The notes under the pieces were generated by a model. The model was not told the DNA's origin. It made no database searches and saw nothing but the letters and a program-made list of their open reading frames with translations. A program made the translations under genes and the position numbers. Positions 1 through 10,796 of a stretch of 64,000 bases of DNA are shown here, piece after piece (the stretch's first letter is position 1; each line of letters begins with the position of its first letter). This DNA comes from Bdellovibrionota bacterium (GTDB lineage Bacteria; Bdellovibrionota_C; UBA2361; JBIKUX01): the NCBI GenBank assembly GCA_044347345.1, contig JBIKUX010000001.1, positions 106,425-170,424 of the forward strand. Reading direction: 5' to 3'.

Positions 1-590
1 TAAACGTAAACAGAAGTTTCTATACCAAATGCTTCAAGAGGTTTTAGGGGAACATCGCCAGCATGTACGTAAAGATAATCAGAGATAACTTCATTTGATA
101 CTGGAACTCCCCTAATTGGTATTTTTTCAGTGCTAGATTTATTACAGGTAGATATATGGGGTAGAGGCGGTAATGATTGAACTTCTCTCTTAAATCGCTC
201 TTCAGCAGCTTTTGCTAAAGCTAAACCCTCTCTTTCATATACCTCAAAAGCCTCTGGAGAAAGACGATAAGGAGCTTCTACTTCATCTTGAGTCGGTAAA
301 GTATCTCCATTACGCCCCAAAATTTTACCTACAATAACTAGATTGGAGAGCTCTGCGGGCAGAAATTTATACTTCTGCTGTACAGTCTTAACCATTCTTG
401 TTAAACCAAGAGCAAAATCCCTCTCTTCTTGAGAAAGATTATTAAGCGACTGCTCTATTTCACCAGATTGAGCGTAAGCTAATGGTATTAGCGCAGAAAA
501 CTGGGTAAAAATCATTATACATGAAATTACAAGCCAGAGTTTTTTTATGTAACGATAGCTAATCCACCTTACACTAAACATTAGCACCAT
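1..590 (-). CDS. Exported hypothetical protein, partial (runs off window start)
   Basis: Read manually, not in the ORF track: ATG at 590, frame open to position 1 (MVLMFSVRWISYRYIKKLWLVISCIMIFTQFSALIPLAYAQSGEIEQ...); basic-hydrophobic-AYA signal-peptide-like N-terminus. Confidence 0.65.
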   Translation of the reverse strand, partial: MVLMFSVRWISYRYIKKLWLVISCIMIFTQFSALIPLAYAQSGEIEQSLNNLSQEERDFALGLTRMVKTVQQKYKFLPAELSNLVIVGKILGRNGDTLPTQDEVEAPYRLSPEAFEVYEREGLALAKAAEERFKREVQSLPPLPHISTCNKSSTEKIPIRGVPVSNEVISDYLYVHAGDVPLKPLEAFGIETSVYV

Positions 591-716
591 AATATCGTTA
601 AGGAGAATTCTTAGCTTACTAATTAAAATTTGTTAAAAACTAAGATACCATCATCGGTTATTAAATCTGTAATCGGCTCCAAGCCTACGTTTCTTAAATA
701 ACAAGAACCTTAACCC

Positions 717-3599
717 TTAAGAGTCAAGCGGTTCACAAGAACAAACTAAATTTCTATCACCATAAGCCGCATCTATTGCACCCACAGCAGGCCAAAACTT
801 ATTTATCCTGGTTCCAGAGGTAGGAAACACCGCTTTTTCGCGAGAGTAAGGATGTGACCATTCAGTAGAACTTACAACGGCAAAAGCAGTATGAGGGGCA
901 TTAATTAAAGGATTATCAGCCCGTGGCCAAATACCCTCTTCTATCATCCTAATCTCTTCACGAATTGAAATTAAAGCCTCGCAATACCGATCAATTTCAT
1001 CTTTGCCTTCACTTTCAGTGGGCTCAATCATCATTGTTCCGGGAACTGGCCAAGAAATAGTAGGTGCATGAAATCCATAATCCATTAAGCGCCGAGCAAT
1101 ATGTCCAACATCTACTCCTGCAGAATTTTTAAAAGCCCTACAATCAAGAATACATTCATGAGCTACAAAACCCGACTCACCTCTGTAAAGCACCGGATAC
1201 GCTCCCTCTAACCGCTTTACCATATAATTTGCATTAGCTATCGCTACACAACTGGCTTCTCTTAATCCTGTTTGACCCATTAATGCAATGTACATCCACG
1301 AAATCGGAAGAATACTCGCACTACCCCAGGGTGCAGATGAAATCGGACCAATAGCTTGATCGTCACAATCATGAGTAGCAACTAAAGGATGTGAGGGAAT
1401 AAATGGAGCTAAATGCTCAGCTACAGCGATAGGACCCATCCCCGGGCCTCCGCCACCGTGAGGAATACAAAAAGTTTTGTGTAGATTAATATGACAAACG
1501 TCCATCCCTAGCTCAGCAGGCGCCACTAAACCAACTAATGCGTTTAGATTAGCGCCGTCCATATAGACCTGCCCTCCAAATGAGTGAATAATCTCACTTG
1601 CCTGAAGCACTCCTTTCTCAAACACTCCGTGAGTGGATGGATATGTAATCATCAAAGCCGCTAAATTACTGGCATGTAATTCAGCCTTTCTACGCAGGTC
1701 AGAGATATCTATGTTACCTTCGTCATCACAATCAATTACCACCACTTGAAACCCCGCCATAATCGCACTTGCGGGATTAGTTCCGTGAGCTGATTTTGGA
1801 ATTAAGCATACCAAGCGATGCCCTTCACCTCTAGCTTGATGATAAGCGCGTATAACTAGTAATCCTGCGTATTCTCCCTGCGAACCGGCGTTTGGTTGAA
1901 GAGACACGGCCTTAAAGCCCGTTATCTGCGCCAAAGACTCTTCCAAATCACTAAACAATTTCTTATATCCTCGTACCTGATTAGCAGGAGCAAAAGGATG
2001 AATAGAAGAAAATTTAGACCACGATACCGGAAGCATTTCTGCTGACGCATTTAATTTCATCGTGCAAGAACCCAAGGGTATCATCGAGTGACAAAGAGAC
2101 AGGTCTTTTGCCTCAAGTCGCTTAATATAGCGTAAAAACTCACTCTCTGATCTATAACGATTAAAGACTTCCTGCTTCAGGTAAGGACTAGTTCGAACAA
2201 CATCAGTGCTTAGACAATCATCAATGTAAACATTTAGCGGAATAAGAGTAGCACCACAAACTTCAGCTAAATCAAAAAGGTCTTGTTCACTTACAGTTTC
2301 ATCGAGCGAAATACTAACATCATTATTTGCAAGCACACGTATATTTATTCGTTTGCGAGCTGCGGCTTCAATAATAACTCTTGCTGTATATGGTGAACGC
2401 GGTGTAAATGTTACCGTATCAAAAAACGAACTAGCATACATGCTATGACCAACCGCTTTTAACGATGCAGCAAGGCGCTTAGCATACCCATGAACTCTGT
2501 CTGCTATTTGCCGTAACCCTTCTGGTCCATGATAAACAGCATACATTCCAGATATAACTGCAAGTAATACCTGTGCTGTACAAATATTACTGGTGGCTTT
2601 TTCCCTTCTGATATGTTGCTCTCTAGTTTGCAAAGCTAACCGTAACGCAACACCACCAGAAGCATCTTTAGATACCCCGACAAGACGCCCCGGAATCATT
2701 CTCTTAAACTCATCAGTGGTAGCAAAAAATGCTGCATGGGGGCCACCATATCCGATAGGAACACCAAATCGTTGCGCACTCCCAACTACAACATCCGCTC
2801 CGCATTCTCCAGGCGAAGCTAAAATTGCTAAAGACAAAAGATCGGCACTTACGACTGCTAAAGCCCCTATCTCTTTAATTCGCTGAATTCTTGGAGACAA
2901 AGGTTTTACCTCACCTAAAGTGCCAGGATATTGCAGTAGTACCCCGAAAACTCTTTGACCTTCAGATATAAATAGATGGTCGTCTCCAACTATTACCTCT
3001 ATACCTAACGCCTCAGCTCTGGTGCGAACTACAGCAATTGTTTGCGGATGACACTCTGCTGAAATAAAAAAAAAGTTCTTGGTGCTATTACTCCGAGCGC
3101 TAAAACAAAGGCTCATAGCTTCAGCTGCCGCTGTTCCTTCATCGAGAAGAGATGCATTTGCTAACTTCATTCCAGTTAGCTCACATATCATTGTCTGAAA
3201 ATTGAGCAGAGCTTCCAGACGACCCTGAGATATCTCAGGCTGATAAGGGGTATATTGGGTGTACCAGCCAGGATTCTCAAAAATGTTTCGACTAATCACT
3301 GGGGGAGTTATAGTGCCGTAGTATCCAAGTCCAATATAGGATCTCCACACTTCGTTTTGTTCAGCATAGTCACTGAGTCGTGCTAGAGCCTCATCTTCAC
3401 TTAATCCACATTGAGGGTTTATGTTACTCTGAGCAAAAGAGGGAAGAGACCAAGAGGAAACACGGCGTATCTGCTTTGGAATAACACAATCAATTAGGGA
3501 GTCGAGATTTTTAAATCCCAAACTCTCTACAATAGCGCTTAGATCATTTTGAGAAGATCCAATATGACGTTTAACAAAGCTAGAATGTTGATGATTCAT
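717..3599 (-). CDS. gcvP: Glycine dehydrogenase (decarboxylating), single-chain P protein
   Basis: [39 protein letters not shown] lysine motif [18 protein letters not shown]; 960 aa. Confidence 0.98.
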   Translation of the reverse strand: MNHQHSSFVKRHIGSSQNDLSAIVESLGFKNLDSLIDCVIPKQIRRVSSWSLPSFAQSNINPQCGLSEDEALARLSDYAEQNEVWRSYIGLGYYGTITPPVISRNIFENPGWYTQYTPYQPEISQGRLEALLNFQTMICELTGMKLANASLLDEGTAAAEAMSLCFSARSNSTKNFFFISAECHPQTIAVVRTRAEALGIEVIVGDDHLFISEGQRVFGVLLQYPGTLGEVKPLSPRIQRIKEIGALAVVSADLLSLAILASPGECGADVVVGSAQRFGVPIGYGGPHAAFFATTDEFKRMIPGRLVGVSKDASGGVALRLALQTREQHIRREKATSNICTAQVLLAVISGMYAVYHGPEGLRQIADRVHGYAKRLAASLKAVGHSMYASSFFDTVTFTPRSPYTARVIIEAAARKRINIRVLANNDVSISLDETVSEQDLFDLAEVCGATLIPLNVYIDDCLSTDVVRTSPYLKQEVFNRYRSESEFLRYIKRLEAKDLSLCHSMIPLGSCTMKLNASAEMLPVSWSKFSSIHPFAPANQVRGYKKLFSDLEESLAQITGFKAVSLQPNAGSQGEYAGLLVIRAYHQARGEGHRLVCLIPKSAHGTNPASAIMAGFQVVVIDCDDEGNIDISDLRRKAELHASNLAALMITYPSTHGVFEKGVLQASEIIHSFGGQVYMDGANLNALVGLVAPAELGMDVCHINLHKTFCIPHGGGGPGMGPIAVAEHLAPFIPSHPLVATHDCDDQAIGPISSAPWGSASILPISWMYIALMGQTGLREASCVAIANANYMVKRLEGAYPVLYRGESGFVAHECILDCRAFKNSAGVDVGHIARRLMDYGFHAPTISWPVPGTMMIEPTESEGKDEIDRYCEALISIREEIRMIEEGIWPRADNPLINAPHTAFAVVSSTEWSHPYSREKAVFPTSGTRINKFWPAVGAIDAAYGDRNLVCSCEPLDS

Positions 3600-3629
3600 A
3601 AATTTGAGGTACTTCAGTAAATTAAAAAA

Positions 3630-4010
3630 CTACGCATTAACGTGAGATGTATAACTTGTTACATCCAAAAGATTAGTTAATTCCGTCTCAGTTATATTAG
3701 CTAGCTTCACTAGCCATCCGGCGCCATGCGGATCACTATTTAAAGAAGAAGGATCATTTACTAGCGTGCTGTTTACCTCAATTACTGTACCACTTACTGG
3801 AGCATAAACATCAGAAGCAGCTTTTGTAGATTCGACTACACATAAAGTAGCTCCTTTGACAATTGTAGCTCCGACTACTGGAAGCTCAACAAAAACTACT
3901 TCTCCAAGTTCAGACTGAGCAAAAGAAGTTATACCTACAGTTGCCTCTGAACCGTTTACATCAATCCATTCGTGCTCTTTTGTGTACTTATATCTAGCAG
4001 GAAATGACAT
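3630..4010 (-). CDS. gcvH: Glycine cleavage system H protein
   Basis: YTKEHEW, lipoyl-lysine motif VESTKAASDVYAPVSG. Confidence 0.97.
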   Translation of the reverse strand: MSFPARYKYTKEHEWIDVNGSEATVGITSFAQSELGEVVFVELPVVGATIVKGATLCVVESTKAASDVYAPVSGTVIEVNSTLVNDPSSLNSDPHGAGWLVKLANITETELTNLLDVTSYTSHVNA

Positions 4011-4035
4011 AATTATTATCCTAAGGTATTTTTAG

Positions 4036-5169
4036 TTAGTTGGTAGTTGATTTTGACCGTCGTAAAGCTGAATAAAAAGGCAATTTAGCAATCCTAGCTT
4101 CTATGTTCTTACCGCGTATTTCAATTATTAAGGAACATCCCTCACTTGAATAACTCTCGTCAATTAGCGCCATTCCAATGGCTTTACCTATTGTAGGGGT
4201 AATTGTTCCACTAGTCACAACACCACATTTAACCCCTAATTCATTTTTAATAATATCCCCGTGCCTAGCAATTCCTCTACCTGTAACCTCAAAGCCTACA
4301 AGCTTATGCTTACTATTAGTTGCACGTTCTAAAGCTTCACGCCCGATAAATTGGCCTTTTCCCATTTTCACAATCCATCCAAGACCACTTTCTGTAGCTA
4401 ATGATACAGAAGAAAGTTCATGTCCATACAGTGGGTATCCAGCCTCAATTCTAAGAGTATCTCGTGCACCCAAACCACAACAAGCTACCCGAGTATTTGA
4501 GCGAAGTGTTTGCCAAAACGAACCAATAATTACCTTTGGTATGAAAAATTCAAACCCATCCTCACCCGTATAACCTGTACGCGCAGCAATACAAGACACA
4601 CCCTCCCAAAAAAATTCCGTAAAATGGAAGTATTTTAAGGTATCAACCTTAGCAGAGACCAAATCTGGTATTTCCTTAACAACCTCTACAGCAAGAGGGC
4701 CTTGTAATGCTACTTGTCCGAATCCATCCGACTCATCTACTACCGTAACCTTGCCATTAAATTGCTCAGAGCATGAAATTAACCATTCAAAATCTACATT
4801 TATATTTGCCGCATTAACGCACAAGAGATACTCATCGTTGGTTAAACGGTAAACGATGATGTCATCAATAACGCCTCCCGTATCATTCAAAAGAGCTGAA
4901 TATTGAGCTTGTCCATTTTGCAATCTTAATACTGAGTTACAGGTGACATAATCTAAGAAAGATCCAGCATCTTCACCAAGAATCCTAATTTCTCCCATGT
5001 GACTCACATCAAAGATACCAACTTTGTTGCGAACATGCTCATGCTCCTGTCTTAGTCCCGCATATTCAATTGGTAAGTACCAACCCGCAAAGTCTACCAT
5101 CTTTGCACCATCAGCCAGATGAAAATTAAGTAAAGGGGTTTGTTTGAGCTGTAACTTATTATGTTCCAT
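4036..5169 (-). CDS. gcvT: Glycine cleavage system aminomethyltransferase T
   Basis: FDVSHMGE, RTGYTGEDGFE, GLGARDTLRIEAG. Confidence 0.97.
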   Translation of the reverse strand: MEHNKLQLKQTPLLNFHLADGAKMVDFAGWYLPIEYAGLRQEHEHVRNKVGIFDVSHMGEIRILGEDAGSFLDYVTCNSVLRLQNGQAQYSALLNDTGGVIDDIIVYRLTNDEYLLCVNAANINVDFEWLISCSEQFNGKVTVVDESDGFGQVALQGPLAVEVVKEIPDLVSAKVDTLKYFHFTEFFWEGVSCIAARTGYTGEDGFEFFIPKVIIGSFWQTLRSNTRVACCGLGARDTLRIEAGYPLYGHELSSVSLATESGLGWIVKMGKGQFIGREALERATNSKHKLVGFEVTGRGIARHGDIIKNELGVKCGVVTSGTITPTIGKAIGMALIDESYSSEGCSLIIEIRGKNIEARIAKLPFYSALRRSKSTTN

Positions 5170-5196
5170 ATTTTTTGTAACTCCCGTTGCGCATGC

Positions 5197-6138
5197 TTAA
5201 TGTTTTTTCTGAACCCTTCGTCGATATAGGTCAAAGGTATTCTGTAACAGCATAGCAACAGTCATAGGCCCTACCCCACCCGGAACAGGAGTGATTGCGG
5301 CACAACGTCCATAAACTGCTTTGTAATCAACATCTCCCACAAGAACCCCACTGGCCAAGCGATTGATACCGACATCTATTACTATAGCTCCCTCTTTCAC
5401 CCAAGCTGGGGTTATCAAACCAGCTACTCCCGATGCAGCGACTAAAATATCAGCATCAGCGGCAATCTCATTTGGATGACTACTTTTAGAATGCAAAATA
5501 GTTACAGTTGCATCTCTCTCCAGTAAAAGTAAGGCAATTGGCTTACCAACTAAAATTGATCGTCCTACTACAACTGCATTTTTACCAGAAAGTGACTTAG
5601 GTTTAGCTACTTCCTGAGGGATGGTATGAGATGAAAGAGCATAATCTAGTAACTTCATCGCACCAGCGGGAGTGCAAGGAATAGGAGAACCAATACGCTT
5701 TGCTTCTCCGCGGATAAGATAACCTTGGTTTATCGAATGCAACCCATCAGCATCTTTCCAAGGATCAATCACAGCAAGTAAATTATCAGCTACAAGATGT
5801 TTGGGTACGGGCAATTGCAACAAAATACCGTCAATTGCAGGATTTTGGTTAAGATTTTTTATTACCTGAACCACATCATCTTCAGAAGCATCTGCCGAAA
5901 GCGTATGCTGTTCAGTGTAGAAGCCACATTTTTTGGCAGCTCTCTCCTTATTTCTAACATAAGTGACTGATGCGGGATTATCTCCAACAAGGATAACAGC
6001 CAAGCCCGGCTGACGGCCAAAGCTACTAACAAGCTCTTTTACTTGATTGCTTAGTCGCTCAGTTACAGCACGTGCCAGCGCTTTCCCATCAAGTATTTTA
6101 GTATGTTGAGGAGTTAATATATTGTCGCTAGTCATCAT
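5197..6138 (-). CDS. folD: Bifunctional methylene-THF dehydrogenase/cyclohydrolase
   Basis: YVRNK, GILLQLP, KDADG, PCTP, GRSILVGKP, TPVPGGVGPMT. Confidence 0.96.
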   Translation of the reverse strand: MMTSDNILTPQHTKILDGKALARAVTERLSNQVKELVSSFGRQPGLAVILVGDNPASVTYVRNKERAAKKCGFYTEQHTLSADASEDDVVQVIKNLNQNPAIDGILLQLPVPKHLVADNLLAVIDPWKDADGLHSINQGYLIRGEAKRIGSPIPCTPAGAMKLLDYALSSHTIPQEVAKPKSLSGKNAVVVGRSILVGKPIALLLLERDATVTILHSKSSHPNEIAADADILVAASGVAGLITPAWVKEGAIVIDVGINRLASGVLVGDVDYKAVYGRCAAITPVPGGVGPMTVAMLLQNTFDLYRRRVQKKH

Positions 6139-6344
6139 TCTTTTTGTTCATCTTCATGCTTGCATACCGCATATAACTCTTTCAATTTTAATTAATTTGA
6201 AAGTACGGAAGTTAATATATTCATAAAGCGTAACCGTACAATAAATTTTGTAAAATTTTAATGATAATTGTATGCTTTTTAAAATTAACAACAGCGCTAA
6301 TCAAAAAAACTAAGAATAGCCTCAATTTAAATAAAGAATTACCC

Positions 6345-7454
6345 ATGAAGATTGGAATTCCTAAAGAGAGAAAAATCCTCGAAAAGCGAGTTGCACTCAC
6401 TCCTGACGGAGCGGCTGAACTCATTCGCAGAGGCCACAAAATTTTAATAGAGGCTGGAGCTGGGGTTGGTTCTTACTTTAATGATACCGAATATGAAAAA
6501 GTTGGCGCAACCATTGTTCCTACCTTGGCCGACGTTTGGTATGAAGCTGAGCTAATAGTAAAAGTGAAGGAACCCGCTCCAGAAGAATACCCTTTCTTTA
6601 GAAAAGGGCTCCTCTTATTTGATTACCTCCATTTAGCAAGTAATAAGGCGGTGACAGATGCTCTAATCGATGGTGGCGTTACTTCAATCGCTTACGAACT
6701 GATACGAACCCAAGATGGGAAATTACCTCTTCTTGAACCTATGAGTGAAATCGCAGGTAAATTAGCAGTTCAGAACGGTGCCACTCACTTACTCGCTCAA
6801 CACGGTGGAAGAGGCGTACTACTGGGAGGTGCGGTAGGTGTAAGTCCAGCTCAAGTAGTGATTCTCGGTGCTGGTATAGCTGGAAGAGCAGCATGTGAGA
6901 TAGCTCTAGGCTTTGGCGCTAGAGTTACCATTTTAGATATCGATCACAAAAAGCTTGCTCAACTTAAAGCAGAGTTTGGTAATGCCCCTACATTATTATT
7001 TTCGACATCTGCCACAATCGCACGAGAAGTTAGCCATGCTGACCTTTTAATTGGAGCAGTGCTTATACCTGGAGCTGCGGCACCTAAACTTGTAAATGAA
7101 AATATGGTGCAAAGCATGAAAAGTGGCTCAGTAATAGTTGATATCAGCGTAGACCAAGGGGGATGTATTACCACAACTAAAGTTACTTCGCTCCAGAATC
7201 CTACTGAAACCCTTCATGGAGTAATTCATTACGGTGTACCTAATATGCCAGCTCAAACACCTCGTACATCAACTTTAGCGTTAACGGCGGCTACATTACC
7301 CTACATAATCCAGCTAGCTAATGGAGGTGAAAAGTTAGTGCTAAATAATCCAGTGTTCAGTGCAGCGGTAAATACCTACAACGGGCATTTAGTACAAGCA
7401 CAAGTTGCTCAAGCATTGAATCTAAAAGCCAATTCTTTAGATTCAATGCTCTAA
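6345..7454 (+). CDS. ald: Alanine dehydrogenase
   Basis: Probable start MKIGIPKE at 6345; RVALTP, KVKEP, PLLEPMSEIAG, DISVDQGG, VPNMP. Confidence 0.95.
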   Translation: MKIGIPKERKILEKRVALTPDGAAELIRRGHKILIEAGAGVGSYFNDTEYEKVGATIVPTLADVWYEAELIVKVKEPAPEEYPFFRKGLLLFDYLHLASNKAVTDALIDGGVTSIAYELIRTQDGKLPLLEPMSEIAGKLAVQNGATHLLAQHGGRGVLLGGAVGVSPAQVVILGAGIAGRAACEIALGFGARVTILDIDHKKLAQLKAEFGNAPTLLFSTSATIAREVSHADLLIGAVLIPGAAAPKLVNENMVQSMKSGSVIVDISVDQGGCITTTKVTSLQNPTETLHGVIHYGVPNMPAQTPRTSTLALTAATLPYIIQLANGGEKLVLNNPVFSAAVNTYNGHLVQAQVAQALNLKANSLDSML

Positions 7455-7591
7455 GCCGAGTATCTGACCATTTTAATGTTTTGTCGGCTGTTCGTCAGAT
7501 GGAAAAAACTCACCACTCAAGTAACATTATTTCCTTTGATATTGAGCTTTTTAAAATACACCGAGCAAATATATGTCTTGCAACAATTAAT

Positions 7592-7951
7592 CTATCTAAC
7601 GGAAGCTGATGGTGTTTGATTAAATGAAGCTTCATCATCTGTATTGGTTATCATACCAGAATGTGCTACAGCAGATGTATCGGCTCTTATCTTTTCATTT
7701 CTCTTCACTAACACCGGAGAATTAATCTGAAGAGTGGTCATATCAGAATCTCTGCGATACGAAATATCAAATGCGGTCTTATCAACCTCGAAATACTTTT
7801 CTATCACTAAGATAAGTTCGCTTTTAAACTTAGCAATCTCTTCATTAGACAAACCTGCCCTATCCTGAACAAGAACAAATTGCAGCCTATTCTTAGCGAC
7901 TGAACTGCTTTCTGCTTTACTGTTAAATAACCGTTGCAATAATGCTAGCAC
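7592..7951 (-). CDS. minE: Cell division topological specificity factor MinE
   Basis: SSSVAKNRLQFVLVQDR motif; GTG start at 7951 preceded by GGAGAG; directly downstream of minD. Confidence 0.9.
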   Translation of the reverse strand: MLALLQRLFNSKAESSSVAKNRLQFVLVQDRAGLSNEEIAKFKSELILVIEKYFEVDKTAFDISYRRDSDMTTLQINSPVLVKRNEKIRADTSAVAHSGMITNTDDEASFNQTPSASVR

Positions 7952-7986
7952 TTGATTCTCTCCAAAACATACACAGTAACCTAGAA

Positions 7987-8823
7987 TTACGCTCCAAGGC
8001 GACGAGTTATACGTGACCATAATCCAGAACTATCAAGCTGTGGAAAAGGTACTTTTTCTCCACACAATCTTCTAGCTATTCTGTCGAAAGCTTTGCCTGC
8101 TTTGGAGCGAGGATTAAATACTGCTGGCTCACCACAATTAGCAGCAACTATCACTAAATCATCTCTTTCAACGATACCTATTAAATCTGTACCTAAAATC
8201 TCTCGTACATCTCTAACTGAAAGCATGTCTCCTCTTTTAACAAGCTCCAAATCAAGGCGATTCACAATTAGTTGCGACTCTATTCCTCGAGATGAAAGAA
8301 GCCCGATAACACGGTCAGCGTCCCTGATAGCTGAAACCTCCGGAGTAGTAACTACAATTGCCCTATCTGCTCCAGAACAAGCGTTTCTAAAACCTTGCTC
8401 AATACCAGCTGGTGAATCAACAAGAATATAATGAAACTCACGACGAAACTGATCAAGTACCGATTTTACATCTTGCTCGTTAACCACATCTTTATCATCT
8501 GTCTGAGAAGCAGGAAGTAAAAATAAATTAGAGCTTTTTTTTGATTTTATGGTTGCCTGATTTGGTTTGCACACTCCTTTAGCTACGTCAACAAGATTAA
8601 ATACAATACGATTTTCAAGACCCAGAATAACATCTAGATTTCGTAGCCCTATATCAGCATCTACCACAAGAGTACGTTGCCCGCGCAAAGCTAACGCGGC
8701 TCCCAAGGTAGCTGTAGTAGTAGTTTTACCGACTCCGCCTTTTCCAGAAGTTACTACTATAACCTCTCCTTGAGTTTTTTTTGGTGCAGTTGTTACTGCG
8801 GTAGTTCCATTCACTGTAGACAT
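7987..8823 (-). CDS. minD: Septum site-determining ATPase MinD
   Basis: Deviant Walker A SGKGGVGKTT, DADIGLRNLD, DSPAGIEQGF, amphipathic C-terminus (GLWSRITRRLG). Confidence 0.97.
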   Translation of the reverse strand: MSTVNGTTAVTTAPKKTQGEVIVVTSGKGGVGKTTTTATLGAALALRGQRTLVVDADIGLRNLDVILGLENRIVFNLVDVAKGVCKPNQATIKSKKSSNLFLLPASQTDDKDVVNEQDVKSVLDQFRREFHYILVDSPAGIEQGFRNACSGADRAIVVTTPEVSAIRDADRVIGLLSSRGIESQLIVNRLDLELVKRGDMLSVRDVREILGTDLIGIVERDDLVIVAANCGEPAVFNPRSKAGKAFDRIARRLCGEKVPFPQLDSSGLWSRITRRLGA

Positions 8824-8895
8824 TATATTTTGTACCTCAGGTGTTTCTTTTTACCTTGAATTTGACCACTGACTCCCCCGATTATTCAAAAGGGA

Positions 8896-9984
8896 CTAAC
8901 CTAAATTTTCCCGAAAACTGCCGCGACTACGCACTTGTCTGGCATTATACCGCTCTACAACTATAGTATCACCGTCTACTCTCGCTATCTCAGGTTCTTT
9001 AACACGACGTCGCTTACTAAAAAAATAACTAAAACCCTCCCCAAGACCACGAGTAATTACAGTCCCAATTCGTAATTGAGTTGGTTCCAAATGATGAGCA
9101 AAGATAATTCGCCCACCTCCGCTCTCATCAAAAGCTCCAGCATGAGCTACTCCACGCAAAGCTCCCAGGACTATTATATCGCCACCAGCAACTACATCCG
9201 CGCCAGAATTGACATCGCCTAAAATAATTAGTGAATGCTCAGTTTCAATTCTTTGTCCTGATCTTAAAGTAGCAAAAACTACTCTAGCATCAGGTTCATC
9301 CCACAACTCTGATTCATTACCTACACCAAATTTAAGCCCAATGCCTCTACTACTACTATCGCCTAGAGAACTGCTACTAGCTCTTTCACCTACCGCAGGC
9401 TTTTGCTCCGAATTACCGCGCACAAATCCAAACATATGACCGACCCCATCAAAAATAGTCCGAGTGGAGCCGCCTGAGTTAGAAGCGCCTTCTATCTCTT
9501 GATTTGGTAGCTCTTCTACCAAAGAATCGCGACGCCTTGGAGTCAAAACCTCGAGAGTTACTTTACGAGATGTAACCATTCCGGATGAATTTATTGATCT
9601 TAGAGCAGAGCTTTCTGAGAAATTAGATTCTGCGCTAGTTATGTCTCTAGGGAGTAGTTTCTTCTCTTCGGTTGTATTACTAACGGCATGACGGAATCGC
9701 ACTGTTTCGACAATTATACGATACTCTTCTTCGAGCAGATTAGAAAAATGTTCTGCTAATTCCGGCGAAGCCTCCTTACCTAACCACTCAATCGTTACTC
9801 GCTGACCTTCAAGAAAACCCCTTCTAACGGCCATAAACTCCCGTAAGGCGTCCTCTAATGTCTTGGTGTCACGACGCCCATCCAAACGGAGGACAAGCCC
9901 TTCTGTGGTACCCCTTGCGCTTACTACCGATTGGTAATCACGAATGGTCTCTTTTGAGTCCTTCAAGATAGATTCCTTATTCAC
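8896..9984 (-). CDS. minC: Septum site-determining protein MinC (long linker)
   Basis: C-terminal beta-helix motifs TLRSGQRI, GDVNSGADVVAGGDIIVLGALRGVAHAG, PTQLRIG; upstream of minD. Confidence 0.9.
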   Translation of the reverse strand: MNKESILKDSKETIRDYQSVVSARGTTEGLVLRLDGRRDTKTLEDALREFMAVRRGFLEGQRVTIEWLGKEASPELAEHFSNLLEEEYRIIVETVRFRHAVSNTTEEKKLLPRDITSAESNFSESSALRSINSSGMVTSRKVTLEVLTPRRRDSLVEELPNQEIEGASNSGGSTRTIFDGVGHMFGFVRGNSEQKPAVGERASSSSLGDSSSRGIGLKFGVGNESELWDEPDARVVFATLRSGQRIETEHSLIILGDVNSGADVVAGGDIIVLGALRGVAHAGAFDESGGGRIIFAHHLEPTQLRIGTVITRGLGEGFSYFFSKRRRVKEPEIARVDGDTIVVERYNARQVRSRGSFRENLG

Positions 9985-10140
9985 GATAAAACTTTTTTAA
10001 CCTGTACTTCACCTTTACTTTTTTTTAAGCCTGCTGGTTACTATCTAACTCGAGCTAGTGCCCAACTTAGTCAGATAAGAAAATCAGTCTGTATTTGAGT
10101 TGGTTTTGTAAACCCTATTTAAAACTTAAACTTTAAGTTG

Positions 10141-10170
10141 CTTATACCAAACGGACAGCGCATGGGTCAA
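10141..10170 (-). promoter_or_regulatory. Candidate sigma70 promoter for minCDE
   Basis: Minus strand TTGACC-N18-TATAAG with an extended -10 TG. Confidence 0.45.
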
Positions 10171-10286
10171 CGGGATAATTTTAATCTATGTTAGACTAAG
10201 AAAACGCGAAGACTACCGTTGTCCCGCCTTTAGTGAGCTTTAACCAATCCAAATAAGTCTTGGTTTAACTTTTTTAGGACGTTGTC

Positions 10287-10796
10287 ATGCACCAAACAAG
10301 AGTAAAGATATCCTCTCAACTAGCAAAAACTGTGATGAGCATCTGCTATCTCGGATATTTTACTCGAGCACCTGGTACTGTTGGATCACTAATCACAGTA
10401 ATTTTTTGGCTGGGATTGTCTCATTATTGTTATTTTATTGACACCAAGCTCCTCTCTGGGCTCATGGTACTTACGGGCATAGTACTTGGATGGCTATCGT
10501 TAAACATTTACTTCCGCGAGAAGCATGATACTACGGAAAATAATTGGAACGACCCAAGCTGGGTGATAATCGATGAGTGGGTCGGAATGAGCATAGCCTT
10601 GCTTCCCTTAAGTGGAGCTTACTTTGTTGATTCAGCTATAGTGTTTTTTCTATTTAGAGTCTTCGATATATGGAAACCAGGATTTATAAAAAACGTACAA
10701 GATATTCCAGGAGCCATTGGGGTATTACTTGATGACGTGCTAGCTGGTATCTTAGCTGCGATAATCTACTGGTGCTTCAAGTTAATTTTAATATGA
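10287..10796 (+). CDS. pgpA: Phosphatidylglycerophosphatase A
   Basis: APGTVGS, DPSWVIIDEWVG, FRVFDIWKP, GVLLDDVLAG. Confidence 0.93.
   Translation: MHQTRVKISSQLAKTVMSICYLGYFTRAPGTVGSLITVIFWLGLSHYCYFIDTKLLSGLMVLTGIVLGWLSLNIYFREKHDTTENNWNDPSWVIIDEWVGMSIALLPLSGAYFVDSAIVFFLFRVFDIWKPGFIKNVQDIPGAIGVLLDDVLAGILAAIIYWCFKLILI

Noticed and set aside
7454-7500. Pseudoknot-like pairing after ald (AGCCGA/TCGGCT and ATCTGAC/GTCAGAT)
   Set aside because: Stems of 6-7 bp can arise by chance and the loop geometry is atypical; at most a 3'-end structure
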